Under the pieces are notes generated by a model. It did not search any database, had not been told where the DNA came from, and saw nothing but the letters and a program-made list of their open reading frames with translations. From the human T2T-CHM13v2.0 reference genome, Homo sapiens, in assembly GCF_009914755.1 (NCBI RefSeq), contig NC_060945.1: a DNA stretch of 64,000 nucleotides; one strand, written 5' to 3'. The position numbers and the translations under genes were made by a program. Of this stretch, positions 27,713-44,479 are shown one piece after another. How positions within the stretch are numbered: position 1 is the stretch's first letter; the number at the start of each line of letters is the position of its first letter.

Positions 27713-28040
27713 AAAAATGTAAACCACCAAACCATCTCTCAATTTATTCCTTTATAGCAGTCCACATTTTAAACTCTAAATGTAAACATGTAGCCTCCAA
27801 ATATGGTACTATTCTTTTTAAAAAAGAAAAGAGAAATTTGGCAAGAGCCTAGTAAATTGACATCTTGCACAGGAACTCATATTTGTTGTCTGTCAACACC
27901 ACGGTCTGGAGCATTCATTAAAGTTAAACTAAAGACCTTAACGGGAATCTCTGGGCCATGTGGAAAGGAGCTTCCAGAACGACCAGCAGAGTGCTGCAGG
28001 CTTGCAAACTGGGTCTCCAGCACCCTACAGAGACAGCAAG

Positions 28041-28054
28041 GCGCCCCCGAGTGG
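28041..28054 (-). promoter_or_regulatory. CTCF-like motif
   Basis: Minus strand CCACTCGGGGGCGC, one mismatch to the core consensus. Confidence 0.45.
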
Positions 28055-29554
28055 TGGCACATGTCCACAGTGGTGATACAGCCAGCCACGTTTGCTAAGA
28101 CAGACCCCGCCTCAAACATGTGGGGTCTCCACATTCCACTTAATCCTGCCTCCCTCTTAAGCTACAGACCTTTCACAAACTATGTGGAATAGCATAGCAT
28201 CTCCTATAACAGCAAGTTTACGATCATATTTGCTGCATTTGATTTGGAAGGGTTTATGCCTTATAGATGAGCCTCACATTTAATTGATGAAACCCATGTT
28301 TCCGAAGCACATTGAAGAACTATATTTTTATGGAGATGTTTGATTCAGGAAACATCTGTTGAGAACGTGTCAGGCCTAGGCACAGGATCAGTCATCTGTG
28401 CAAAGCTGCTAGAGCTGTTAGTCCAAACCAGTCCTGAGAAAGAAAGATTTGTCTTCTTACTTTGTGATCCAGCTCCTTTTCAGTCCTCATTCCAGACTTT
28501 GAGGGTAGTTAACATCGATTGTCAGCTTCCTCCAGGTAACAAGGAAGCTGATTCCTGGGGGGTGCCTCACAGAGCTTAACAAAATTTCACCAGCTAAATC
28601 CAATCTACAGAGAGAGGTACACAGAGAACATCAATGTAAAGCTCTTATTACACTTTAATTTTTTAAAGTAAGTTTTTAAAATTATTTTTAAATATATTTA
28701 TTTTAAAAATTATTTTAAAAAATTTATTTATAAATATTTATTTTAAAAATCACTAAAACTTTTTAACAATTCCTCAGATGTATTTTGATATTCTATTTCG
28801 GTCTTTCATTCATTCAACAAACCTTTTTTGAACACCGACATTGCAGATACTTTTCAGGGAAAGAACAAGATAGAGCCCCTGACCTCACTGGGGACAGGCA
28901 AGGAAATGTGTAGTGCAGTCATAAAATTTTGGAGAAAACTTAAAGGGGAAAACATTCTGGGTGAGGGAGCACACTAGTTTGATTTTTTAAACAGCATTTC
29001 CAGAGAGTCCTCCTTTTAAGGTGACATTTGCACAAAGACTTGAAGGAGTGTCTCTTTTTGTTCAGGAACACTTTGTAGATATACATAATTTGTCAGCACA
29101 TATTCAGTGAGAGATATGGGAACACAATGATTAGGGGTGTAGAGGCCTGCCCCACAGAGCTCGCAGTGCCACGGGGATGAGGAACGGACAGCAGGCAATT
29201 ACAGCCGCCCAGCATGAGTGTATGAGGGCTGCATTCCAGGTGCCGGCTGAACCCACAGGTAGGCGTCTAACCCAGAACAGGTGGGTTCTAGATGCTGGGA
29301 ATGCTGCAGTGATGAAAACAGACAAAAATCCCTTGTTTTCAAGGAGGTCACTTTCTACTGAATAGGAAATATATGTAACTCTATCTCTATCAATATGCAC
29401 ATATCTTTAATCTTTATCAATCTGTGTATCTGTCACCTATATCTATGTGTATCTATCCTTATCTATTTCTACACTATTTATATCTCTATCTAGCTATATA
29501 TCTATATCCCTTTATCAATCTATACTTATTTTTCTATTTCTTTCCATATACTTA

Positions 29555-29862
<308 letters not shown>

Positions 29863-31811
29863 TATATTTTTATCTATTTGTGCATATCTATATATCTACA
29901 CTTCTATGTCTATATCTATCTATGACAGCCAGTCTTCAAGAATTATAATTTATCAAGGGGAATGGGAACATATCTATACCGGAACTTGTCCATACAGGCA
30001 CGTGCCTATCATTCAAAGCAGAATTATGGACCCTCAAAAGAAAAGTAAAAATGCAATAAGCTTCCAAAGGAAAGAAACACGTATTCAGTGAGGACCTCAG
30101 GAAACACCTAACAACACGTAGCCAGTAGAGATGGAATGAAGAACACAGGAAACATAAGGCTGTACTTGGAAAAGGCGAGACTCCCAGGCGGCCTCACGCA
30201 TCAGCTGTTGAGCTGGGACTTCCTCACTTTCCTCGTACTAGAATCACTTCCTTGTACTGGAACACAGAAAACCTGGAGCCAGATGACAGTATGGACCACA
30301 GTGATGCTGAGAAGCCCTGGGCCCCTCTGTCCCACGCTAGGCCCCAAACACAAAGCTAATGACAAATATTTATAAAAGACAACATGACTGTGGCAGCTAC
30401 TCCCAGACCCAGATACATTTTTGCTTAATGCTCTGAATAAAAACTAAAAAACCAGGGTATCCGCAATGGAACTAAAGTTTCCTGCAAAAGAATAAAAAAT
30501 TCTATTATCCTCATGTAAAAAAATAAAAGAAAAAATGTTACTATTTTGTGATTTAATGTCAACTTAAAATATCATTTAATTGAAAATTATGGAATTTGTT
30601 ATTTTATCCAGACTCAGACACCTCATCAAATCAGTATTTGACTTGTCAATATTGGTTTAATTGCAAATATAATGGGTAAAAATTCCTAAGATTATATAAA
30701 ATATATATTCCCAAATTATATAAAACCCCATCTCTTCTTAAAATAGCGCTGGGAGATTTTCTGCATCTCAGTCAGAGTTTAGCTGAGTGGGCCTCTAAGA
30801 AATGTTTGTTGAAAATGCAATGATTCAATTAGAAATTTCATCGCAATCTTTGAGACAAGTGTAAAAAGGCTGAGAAATTTTGAAGAAAGCAGGAAAATAT
30901 AGAAACCATCTGGAAATCTTAAATAGACGACAGTAATTATTCAGCTGTTTAGAAACAAGTCCTAACAAGAAAACTTGAAGCTGGTCTCTCATTTTCTGCT
31001 AAAATAATTGCTTGTTTTGAAATCTTACAGTTTGGAGTTTTATAATATCACTAACAGCCAACGTCCCCGCTCCCTATGACAGATCCCATATGGCAAGTCA
31101 CGGGTTCACATTTAGAGAACTTCAGGATCCTTGTCCTAAACATTCGACTCACCCCCAAACACTGCTGCTGAGCCCCTCTTTGTAATGGCTTGACTGCTGT
31201 TCATTCTCTTACTCTTCATTGCTTCACTCAACTTCCAGAGGCTGAAGTTTCTTCCCCCGCCTGTAGGCCAAGTCTCATCCCGAGTCCCAGAACTATCCTG
31301 GTTCCAGTACAAGGGAAGTGAGAAAGTCCCAACTCAACAGCCGATGAGCCTGGACTCCAGGTCAGTTTCTCGAGCACCCTCCCCAGTGTCTGAACCAAGG
31401 CGAGCCCTCCTGAGTGTTGCTGACTCAACATAAATGCACAAGTAAAGGTCCTCCCTTATTGGGTTCCTAGAACTAAGTCCAGCCTCAACCCAGTTTCCTC
31501 AGAATTGCAGCTCCTTGGACACTCCAGGTGGGTCTGTGAATTGCAACACCATGGATCTTTCCCTGAGGGCAGGTTCCCCACAACCTGTACCCAAACTTTC
31601 CTTGCATTCATGCTTTGCTCATGCTGAAAAATATATCTTCTGCTAAACTTCCCTACATCAACAGCACCCATTCCCCAGGCCTGTTGGGTCGAATGGCATC
31701 TCTGGCCTCAACTCTGTTCTTCCCTAGCCCCTTCCCTGGGAGTTTATGTCTTGGCTTGGCGTCCTGGCCCCGACATAAAAACTCTTCTCATTTGCATGCT
31801 AACCATAATAT

Positions 31812-32882
31812 TGATAGCAGTACGAGGCAAATTCCTAGGCAGAAAGGGTGGGTCCCCCTTGAAACCCAACCTTCAAGCCAAAAACAGCGTAAAGCCTGAA
31901 AACTGGGCTGCCAGTTCTGGGTGAAGTCCATGACCCAGAGTGAGAACTTCCTAGATGCCTTTTAGCCAGTCAAATGGTGCTTTTTCCAGGCCTGACCATG
32001 GACCAATCAGCATGCACTCCTGCATTCTGAACCCATAAAAAACCCCGGACTGGGAACTACCTGCCGCCTTCAGGTAGGGTCTACCCACTGCGGGTCCCAT
32101 CTCCACTGAGAGCTGTTCTGTCGCTCAATGAAACTCTTCTCTGCCTTGCTCACTCTCTGGTGGTCTGTGTAACCTCATTCTTCTTGGACGCAGGAACCCA
32201 GGACCCGATGAATCGTGGGTGCAAAAGGGGCGGTAACACCGTAGCCCTCCCACCCTCCACCGGTACTGGGTGGCTGCCCCGTGTGATGGGAAGCAGCGGT
32301 GGCCAGGCCAGCCCAGGGGCTGCGGGCTGCCCCAGGGTGGCAGGACCCAACGGGCTGGGACACGCCTCCGTTTGCGAAGCGTGCAGATGGTGGGAATGAA
32401 TGAACTGTAACACGAACATTGTTATTTTATCCAGAATCAGACACCTCGAAGAAGCTGCGACCCTTCTGGGGCCCAGACCTCAGGACTCCCTGAGCCAGAG
32501 CCGTGACCCACTGTATCACCCCCTTGGAGCTCCACAGTGGCTGTCGTCTCTGAGTTTTTAGGCACCACCATGCTCCCCTTATCTAGATGCTGGCTCCCAA
32601 GGCGGACGCCGCTTGTGGTATGCCTGGTCCAGCCACAGCCTCACACGGAGCCAGCGCTGTGCCAGCACCTGGAGCTGTCGGCCCCGCCACAGCAGCGCGT
32701 GCCTGACCCACCCTTGGCAGGTGTGAGATCTGGGCCGCAGGCACAAGCCGAATGCAGCCTGCCTGGCGAGTGGGAGGGGCAAGTGCAGCGGTGAGCCCGG
32801 AGCCCAGCAAAGCCTGGGCAGGAGCACCACCAGCTGTGGACATTTCCAGCTGAAGAAGGGGAACCCAAAGAATCCTGTGTCA
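31812..32882 (+). mobile_element. ERV1 solo LTR (LTR28-like; LTR1/27/28/MER52 group)
   Basis: TGA...CA ends; caaattcctaggcaga...gaaacccaaccttcaagcc...ggaccaatcagcatgcac...cccataaaa; GC-rich 3' half. Confidence 0.75.
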
Positions 32883-33081
32883 GCATCATGACCTGGCGTG
32901 ACCCGTGCCTCCTCTTTCCTCAGGATTCTCTGGAGGTCACCTCTTCTCCCCTGAGTGGAGTTCCTGCTTGCCGTGAACCACCAGTGCACCCCGGACTAAG
33001 CTCACTCCTCAGCTCCCCTCTTCCTTCCTCTGGCCCACGCTGACCTCTTTCTGGTCTTTATTGCCCAGAAAGAAACCAATA

Positions 33082-33380
33082 GGCAGGGCACGGTGGCTCA
33101 CGCTTGTAATCCCAGCACATTGGAAGGCCGAGGCAGGCGGATCACCTGAGGTCAGGAGTTTGACACCAGCCTGGCCAACGTGGTGAAACCCCGTCTCTAC
33201 TAAAAATACAAAAATTAGCCGGGCATGGTGGCAGGCACCTGTAGTCCCAGCTACTCAGGAGGCTGAGGCAGGAGAATCATAGGAACCTGGGAGGCGGAGG
33301 TTGTAGTGAGCCAAGATCATGCCACTGCACTCCAGCCTGGGCAACAGAGCGAGACTCCAACTCAAAGAAAAAAAAAAAAA
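33082..33380 (+). mobile_element. Full-length AluS (Sx-like)
   Basis: Dimeric Alu, poly(A), TSD gaaaccaata. Confidence 0.95.
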
Positions 33381-33451
33381 GGAAACCAATAATTTGTGGA
33401 AGGATCAAAGAAGGTTGGAGGACTACAAGGTCCTCTAGAGAGATCCTTTAA

Positions 33452-33718
<267 letters not shown>

Positions 33719-33758
33719 AAAAATATCCTTTTAACAATAGAAACTACGGGTCCATCCC

Positions 33759-34143
33759 TGTATTATTCTGCTTCGGCTGCTGTAACAAACAACCACGGAG
33801 CAGGGGAGCTTACGCAGCAGACACTGACTGTCTCAGCATTCTGGAGGCTGGAGGTCCAAGATCAAGGGGTCAGCAGGTCGTTTCTCCTGAGCCCCCCTCC
33901 TTGGCTTTGCAATGGCCACCTTCTCCCTGCATCTTTACAGGGTCATCCCTCTGTGTCCTGATCTCTTCTTACAAGGATTCCAGTCAGACTGGGTTAAGGC
34001 CCACTCTGATGGTCTCACGTTTTACTCAATTGCCTCTTAAAAGACTATACCTCCAAATATAGTGACATCTGAGGTACTGGAGGTCAGGACTTCAACATAT
34101 GAATTGGGGACCAGAGAACGGGGAGGACAATTCAGCCCCTAAC
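33759..34143 (-). mobile_element. MLT1A-like LTR
   Basis: tgtattatt...ctgctgtaacaaa...tctggaggctgg...aggacttcaacatatgaatt...aattcagcccctaaca. Confidence 0.8.
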
Positions 34144-34176
34144 AATCCCCAAGCAAAATGTAATACAAAAAAAATA

Positions 34177-34502
<326 letters not shown>

Positions 34503-35289
34503 CCTGAATTGTCTTCAGAGAGCCCCCTGGGCAGTGTGCCTGAGTTATGCAAAGCTGTAGGTCGAATGTAGCACAACCTTCTAGAGAGTCCGTTTTACCT
34601 CCCAACATGTTGAGCCTAGAAAAAAAAAATTGTAAACAGCATATTTTGGAGAATTCAAATTTTGAATAAAATTTTACTATTAAAACACAAGACTTCAGAA
34701 CAAAATTTGTACTGGCCTCAGGCCATCCTAAGCTGGGTTTTTAGTGGCATAAGTTCTTGGGTAAAACTACGCAAAAGAAAAACTACGTATAGTTTTGTGA
34801 ACACTATGTTGGTGGAGGAGTTCAGAGAGGCCCTGAGTCTTTCTCCAAAGAGTACTCATTTCCAGTGTCCTCGTTTCTTAATGCGTGTTATTTTCATAAG
34901 CAAAACAGAGGTCCCAGAGCTCCCTGGGGTGTAAATGATGTTGAAGGATTGTTGGGGTTGAAATAGGCTGAAATTTTTCTACTCAGGCAGAGTTCATGTC
35001 TTAAATCATATCCCCAGGGTGCAGTTAATTTATTTTAATTGATGGGAGCTTTTTACGTTTTCTGAAGAGCTCCATCTGAGAATGAGGTTGATGATGGAGG
35101 CAGAACCAGCCAACTCTTACCGAGAGGGACACGTTTCTACAGGCATTTGTGATGGAATCTGACAGAAACCCTCTCAGAAGAATGCATCCCCAATTAAACT
35201 TTGTTATGACTAAAACCCACGTTTTTAAAAAAATTAGCCTAAGAGGGAATGCATGATACTTTTATGGAAATGTTTAAGTAATTAGTAGA

Positions 35290-36210
35290 TATTAGTAATA
35301 TGAATAAATGGAAATTTATGCCCTGATCCTTGTGCAAATAGCATAATATAGTATACCTAATATAGTAGATACACCAATTAACCAGCTTAATATTGTAGAT
35401 ATACCAATTATCTCTAAATTAATCTGTATATTTAATGCAATCTTAATATTTCAGGTGATTTTTAAATGAATTCAACACAATAATTCCAAAATTACATATA
35501 AAAAGCCACAAGTGACTAAACTGATTTTGAAAATGAAGACTAAAGATAAGGATCACGGTGGACTTAACTTGATAAAACTATTGTAATAAGAGCAATATGG
35601 TTCTGCACAGATTTGGACAAATAGATCAATGAGACCCCTGAAGGAGCTCAGGGATAGTCTTGCACCAACTTTGTGTATAATGAAGGCAGCACCATAGTAC
35701 AGTGCAAAGAGAAGAGATTGTTTAGTAGATGATTTGCAAGAAATTGAATCACTATGGAGAAAAATAAAGCTTTATTCCCAGCTGACGTCATCAAAACATT
35801 TAAACTCCAGACAGCTTAAAAACCTAAAAGTTGAAAGTAATTGCAAAGATATAGGAAAGGTCTTTGTGACCCAAAATTAGCACAAGATTGTTTAAACAAG
35901 TACCAAAAAGAACAAGCCATGAAGTTATTTATTAATGGGTCAATTCAATGCAGCAAAATTAAGGCTTTTGGTTTAGGGACAAATGCTAAAAACTAAGTTA
36001 CCAGACACATGACAGATTAGGAGATTTGCCTCATCAAAAATCAACAGCATATTAATATTTAGAATGTACACTCTTATAAATCAGCAAGAAGAAAATTTAT
36101 AGAAAATTGAAATTCTATAGAAAACAAAAACATGACTAAGAACCTACAGAAGGGTATGTGTAAGCAGGTATAGAAATCAGTGGTGATCAAAGTAACACAA
36201 ATAAAACCTA
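35290..36210 (+). mobile_element. Highly diverged L1M ORF2 fragment
   Basis: A-rich sequence with L1-like motifs (ggacaaatagatcaatg, taattccaaaattacatat). Confidence 0.6.
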
Positions 36211-36596
36211 CTATGGTTCATTTGTGATGCTATAACAAAACACCTGAGATTGGATAATTTATGAAGAACAGAAATTTCTTTCTCACAGTTCTGGAAGCTA
36301 AGATCCAGACACCAGCTGTTTCAGCATCTGATGGGATCCCTGTCTCTGCCTCCAAGATGGCCCTTTTGTTGCTGTACCCTCTGCAGGAAAGGAATGCTGT
36401 GTCCTCACATAACAGAAGAGATAGAAGGAGGAAAATTGGCCACCTCAAGCTTCTTATAAGGCACCAATCTCATTTCACGAAGGGAGAGCCCTCATAGCCT
36501 AATCACCTCCTGAAGGCCCCACCTCGTAATACTACTGTTTGGGCAGTTTTGTTTCAACATGACTTTTGGAGAGACCCTATCATTCAAACTAGTGCA
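36211..36596 (-). mobile_element. MST-family LTR
   Basis: tgctataacaaaacacctgagattggataattta...cctaatcacctcctgaaggccccacctc. Confidence 0.8.
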
Positions 36597-37077
36597 AAAT
36601 TACAATGGCAGACCACTTTATATACGTCATGAATAATATCAAGAATTGGAAAAGATGGGAGGAGGCAGAAACCCACTCTACGATGCTCCTTCTACAAGGC
36701 ACATGAATACTTCAGAACACATAATAAACACTTTGGAGAGAGCGGCTATGAGAGGTGTAGGAGAGGCAGAGCTGGTACAAGGGGGAAGGGCAAATAAAAA
36801 GGAGCCCTGCACACCACAGTGATGCCAGTGTGCCATGATCTTAGGGCTATGAGGACCCAATTCTGCCCTAAAGATCAAAAGAACAACTGGAGGAATTTTA
36901 TACACGATTGATAGTTATCAATGATGTAAACATTTCCTTAATTACAAGCATCACAGACTGCCAGATCCACCCAAATCCCTCTGTGTCTTCCTAGGTATAT
37001 GAGAAATCTCTACACTTCCTACCTACCTTCTTTTGCAGTTTGGTTGGGACATCTGACTGGGGTCTGGTCAATGAATG

Positions 37078-37679
37078 TGTCAGAGGTGTTTAAACCAGAG
37101 TGACTCCATCTGGAATAGGGACTGGGTAAAATAAGGCTGAGACTTGCTGGGCTGCATTCCCAGGAGGTTAGGCAGGATGAGATAGGAGGTCGGCACAAGA
37201 TACAGTTCATAAAGACCTTGCTGATAAAACAGTTTGCAGTAAAGGAGCTGGCCAAAACCCACAAAACCAATAAGGCAAGGAAAGTGACCTGTGGTCATCC
37301 TCACTGCTCATGCATTAACATGTTAAAAGACACTCTCTCCAGCACCATGACAGTTTACAAATGCCAAGGCAGTGTCCAAAAGTTACCCTATATGGTCTAA
37401 AAAGGGAGGAACCCTCAGTTCTGGGAATTGCCCACCCCTTTCCTGGAAAGCTCATGAATAATCCATTCCTTGTTTAGCATATAATCAAGAAATCACCATA
37501 AAAGCGGGCAAACAGCAGCCCTCAGGGCGGCTCTCCCTATGGAGTAGCCATTTTTTATTCCTTTACTTTCTTAGTAAACTTGCTTTCACTTGACTCCATG
37601 GATTCACCCCAAATTCTTTCTTGAATGAGACCCAAGATCCCTCTCTTGGGGTCTGCATCAGGACCCCTTTCTGGTAACA
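37078..37679 (+). mobile_element. MER41B-like ERV1 solo LTR
   Basis: tgtcagaggtgtttaaaccagag...ggacccctttctggtaaca; flanks aatg/agtg; tandem GAS motifs. Confidence 0.92.
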
Positions 37680-37804
37680 AGTGTGGGTGAAATGCCGCTT
37701 CCACCTGGCTCTGAAGCATCTCATGTTGTCTTCCATGCTCCATCTCTCCCAACCATGAGGCTAAACATGAAGAACTCTAAGACGGCAGAACCACTTGAAG
37801 AAAA

Positions 37805-38380
37805 TGTCAATGAAAACATATCTGAAACAGGTCTCAGTCGAGAAGTTTATTTTGCCAAGGTTAAGGATGTGCCTGTGACACAGCCTCAGGAGATCCTGAT
37901 GACATTTACCCACGGTGGTCAGAGCACAGCTTGGTTTTATACATTTTATGGAGACATAAGGCACCAATCAATATATGTAAGATATGCATTGGTTTGATCC
38001 AGAAAGGCAAGGACAACTGGAAGCAAGGTCTTTCAGGCCATAGGTGGATTCAAAGATTTTCTGGTTGGCAATTGGGTAAAAGAGTTATTATCAATAGAAA
38101 GGAATGTCAGGTTTATGATAACAGTTGTGGAGACCAAGGTTTTATTATACAGATGAAGCTTCCAGGTAGCAGGCTTCAGAGAGAATAAATTGCAAATGTT
38201 TCTTATCAGACTTAAAGTCTGTTATATCAGTAATTACAAAAGGGAGTAGGGGATAATGAGGCATGTCAGCTCCCACTTCCCATCATGGCCTGAACTCATG
38301 GTTCAGGTTAACTTTGGAATGCCTTTGCCAAGACAAGGGGTCTATTGAAATGGTTAGGGGACTTAGATTTTTAATTTTGA
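37805..38380 (-). mobile_element. MER4-family LTR
   Basis: agtttattttgccaaggttaagga...gacacagcctcaggag...caggtagcaggcttcagagagaata. Confidence 0.8.
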
Positions 38381-38914
38381 TTAAGAAAAGGAACCTGGAT
38401 TCTTCAATTAGCACATGTAGGAGAACCACCCAAGAAAGCCACCTAACCTCATTAGACTCTTGTGAGTAAGAAATAAAATGACTTTGAGCCACCGGGATTT
38501 AGGAGTTGTTTGTTTTAACACTTAGTCTCTCCAGACTAGAATAGTACTCTGTCAAAGGTAGTTTCAGCCTCATCATTGAAAATAAATAAATAAGGCCTAG
38601 CTGCATACCTAGCACCAGGTGAGTTTGGAATCATGAGAGACTAAGAGAAATTCACGCTATGATGATTCAATTTTTAGGAAGCAAATTAGAAGTGTCTCTT
38701 CCTTCACACCATGGCAACGCTCCAGCATGCAGTCCTCATTAATAGAGCATGGGCTTCTGAGGCTGAATAGAGCAGAAAGGCATTTGCTAACCCAGTCTTC
38801 CTCAAGAATTCCTCTCATAATCCAAAACATTCTCCAGTGAAGAAGAACTCCTAAAGAAACAGCAGAAGTAGGAGATACTTGAAATTTATTTTGACTTTTT
38901 TTTGGTAGTGGGAT

Positions 38915-40840
<1,926 letters not shown>

Positions 40841-41574
40841 AAATTTACTTTTTATGCTAAAAATACATTCTCCTTAACTCAGTATGACATTCCTTTCTAA
40901 AATGAAATTCATGAAGAAATAAAGATAGACATATTTCCTAATACTTTACAATACTTAGAGATTCAGATTTTGGATTGGTTCTTGTTAATCCCACTTCCTC
41001 CTCCTTAGGTTTCCACAAATAAGTTAAGTGCACTTTCATTAAACTTTAAAGAGCAGTGTGGAACTTCCAGGATATTTTTCTAAAGAGACTGGTGAACTAT
41101 AGAGAACTCTATAGTGAACTCTTTGACAATCCATGTCTTTTTTCCCTTTTCATCTCATCAACCAGGGATTCTCTTTCCCATTGTTCCCCTAAGCAATCAG
41201 CGTCCAGTCCCAGCAGACCTCACCACTCTCCCCACAAGGCATAGCAGCTCCTGCTCACATCAATCCTAGATAACAGATGAGTCAAGGAACTAGAGATTCA
41301 GCTTCCATCCTGAGGCTTACATCCAAACATTCATCCACAAAAGCAGGTCACTCTCTAGAGAAAGCCTGATGAACCACCTCTTCAGCAATTAACTAAGTTC
41401 AGATGAACTTCAATTCTCAAGGAATCAGAGACTTGTTTAAAAACCACTATAAACAAAATAAGGCAAAAATGAGTTCTCCAAATGATCTTGGACATCCCAG
41501 CCTCCAAAACTGGTAGCAATAAATCTCTATTGCTTATATATTACCCAGTCTGTGGTTTTGTTTTTTTGTTGTTG

Positions 41575-41897
41575 TTGTTGTGTTGTTGTTGTTTTTGTTG
41601 TTGTTGCTGTTTTTGAGACGGAGTCTCGTTCTGTTGCCCAGGCTAGAGTCCAGTGGCACAATCTCGGCTCATTACAACATTCGCCTCCCAGGTTCAAGCA
41701 ATTCTCCTGCCTCAGCCTCTTGAGTCGCTGGGATTACAGGCATGTGCCATGATGCCCGGCTAATTTTTGTATTTTTTAGTAGAGATAGGATTTCACCATG
41801 TTGGCCAGGCTGGTCTCGAACTCCTGACCTCAGGTGATCCACCTGCCTCGGCCTCCCAAAGTGCTGAGATTACAGGCGTGAGCCACCGTGCCTGGCC
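41575..41897 (-). mobile_element. AluS with (GTT)n tail inserted in an MLT1 LTR 3' end
   Basis: Antisense Alu; host aataaatctctattg...cagtctgtgg|Alu|tgtggtattttttaatagcaacc. Confidence 0.93.
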
Positions 41898-42268
41898 TGT
41901 GGTATTTTTTAATAGCAACCTGAACAGAGTAAGACAGATGGGAAACAAAGATATGATTAGCATCCATGTAACTTTAATAATAATAAAGAAGGAAAAACTG
42001 AAGAGACACAACATACGAGAGAAGTTTTCTGAAATGGAACCTAACCTTCAAGAAGGAATTAAATGTTTATTAAAATTGTAAAATATATGTGCAATAATAT
42101 TAAGATACTGCCAGCCCAAACTGACACAGACAGCTGCTTATCAAATCCTGACACATAACAGCATTTGTGTCTAGTAGTTTGTGTGTCTCACCACCACTTT
42201 TATCCTGGCAGGAGCATCATGAAACAAGGTAACTCCAATGTCCTCAGCCTAAGAAAACAGGGCTTGTA

Positions 42269-42683
<415 letters not shown>

Positions 42684-43997
42684 TCAACCCACTTAATGTC
42701 CATTGGGACAGACATGAAGGAGGTGGACAGGACATGGTTTCATGTGATGTGACACTGTCACGAAGACAGAACCATTGTCCATTGTCCGTTCCAGTGCAAC
42801 TAGATCATGATCATGCTGATTAACAATTTATGGACAAGAAAATACAAGGAATCAGGAGTAGGGTAAATAGGAATCGTTTGAATACTGAAAGGCAATAGGT
42901 CATATGTTTCTAAACTGTAAAGCCTTGAAATGTAGAATGCCTGTGGGTTTGCCAGCAAGTTCCAGCCATGCTCGGAGGGAGACAGCCTCCACGGAGGCAG
43001 GGTCTCGGGAGCAGCTGGGAGATGCTTCCTGTGTGCGGGTGTGGGTAAGAGAGAAGAGAGGTTAAATGGGAACATATGGCGGAAGATTAAACAACATCCC
43101 TCTAATCCCCAATTGTCTGGCTGCCCCTGCTGTAATTACATGCCATCAGATTCAAAGGCCACCAGATGTTCAAGGCCTAAACCAGGAATTACCCACTTGG
43201 CCACTATCTTGTGAATGAGGGCTTTGACTGGAAGGGCAAAGCTGCATTTAAATTGAACAAGACAGGAGCATTTTTAGATTTGTCCACAGTAAGTGAGAGA
43301 AGGGTGGGAAACCAGAGCATTAACCATTTCCTTTCCAACAGAGAACCACAGGCTGATGAGCATGAACTTAATTACGATAAAGGTATCTGTTTAGATTGTT
43401 CCCTGGTAAACTCTCACTGCTCTGTTGAGCTCATAGAATTCTCACTTCAGTTGTTAACTCAAAAGACAAAGTTTATCTCATCAGCTATTGTTTTCCTTGA
43501 TGCACCAGTAAATAAGGCTTTTCTTCATTAAAAAAATTTAAAAAACAAAAGCCGCTCCCTGTTTCCTTTAAACAGAAGCATAATATACGATGTGGTCAAT
43601 AAGAAGGGGCCCTCTTATTTGTGCTTCATTGATTTTCATAATTATTTCCAGGAGTTGATTTAAGCCAGGTGCCGGGAGAAGGGCTATCTCCCAACACTAA
43701 GAGTGACAGCTGAGATAGATCTATCTGTCCTCCTGATTTTAAAGTGTCACGTAATCATGAAACTAAGTTAAGTACCCAGGGTCAAAGGTCTGATTCTCAT
43801 TAATTTGGTGTGAAATTCTACTAAGCAAACAGTCTTTCCCACAGACAGAGCCTAGGTCCTCAACTCTAGCTGTTCTTGACACAGGCTCATCTTGGGTTTA
43901 CTTCTGAGGGTACCAAAGAATGTGCGACGAGGGAGGACTAGTGCTGTCAAATGTTAAAACACCCGACCTTCAAATAATTAGGAATGTTTCAGACTGG

Positions 43998-44430
43998 ATG
44001 TACTAGTTTCCTAATGCATTGCAACTAATTACCACCAACCTGGTGGCTTAACATAACAGAATTGTATTCCCTCACGGCTCTAGGCACATAAGTGCAAAGG
44101 GAAGGTGTCAACAGGGCCACACTCCCTCTGAAACCCGCAGAGCAGAATCCTTCCTGCCTCTTCCAGTTTCTGGTGGCTGCCAGCATTCCTGGGCTTATGG
44201 ATGGCTCCAGTCTCTGTGTCGGTCTTTCCCTGGCTTCTTTCCTGTGTCCCTCCCTGTCTCATCTCCTTTTCTGTCTCTCATAAAAACACCTGTCATTGAA
44301 TGTAGGGCGTATCCTGATTGAAAATGATTTCTTTCCAGAGTCATCTGCAAAGTCTCTTATTCTAAGTGAAGTCATATTCTGAGGCTCTGAAAGGGCATCT
44401 CTTTTGGAGACCACTAGCAAGCCCATTACA
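43998..44430 (-). mobile_element. MLT1-family LTR
   Basis: tgtactagtttccta...tggtggcttaa...ttccagtttctggtggctgccagcattcct. Confidence 0.8.
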
Positions 44431-44479
44431 CTGGAAAAGCTATACATAAATAAAACAAAATTAGGAATCTATAAATAAA

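Noticed and set aside
27250-27852. 200-aa ORF with a 60-aa internal repeat
   Set aside because: The repeat is simply the 180-bp DNA duplication; no recognisable domain or splice context
28660-28765. Quasi-palindromic AT-only tract
   Set aside because: Low-complexity sequence; self-complementarity is expected from composition
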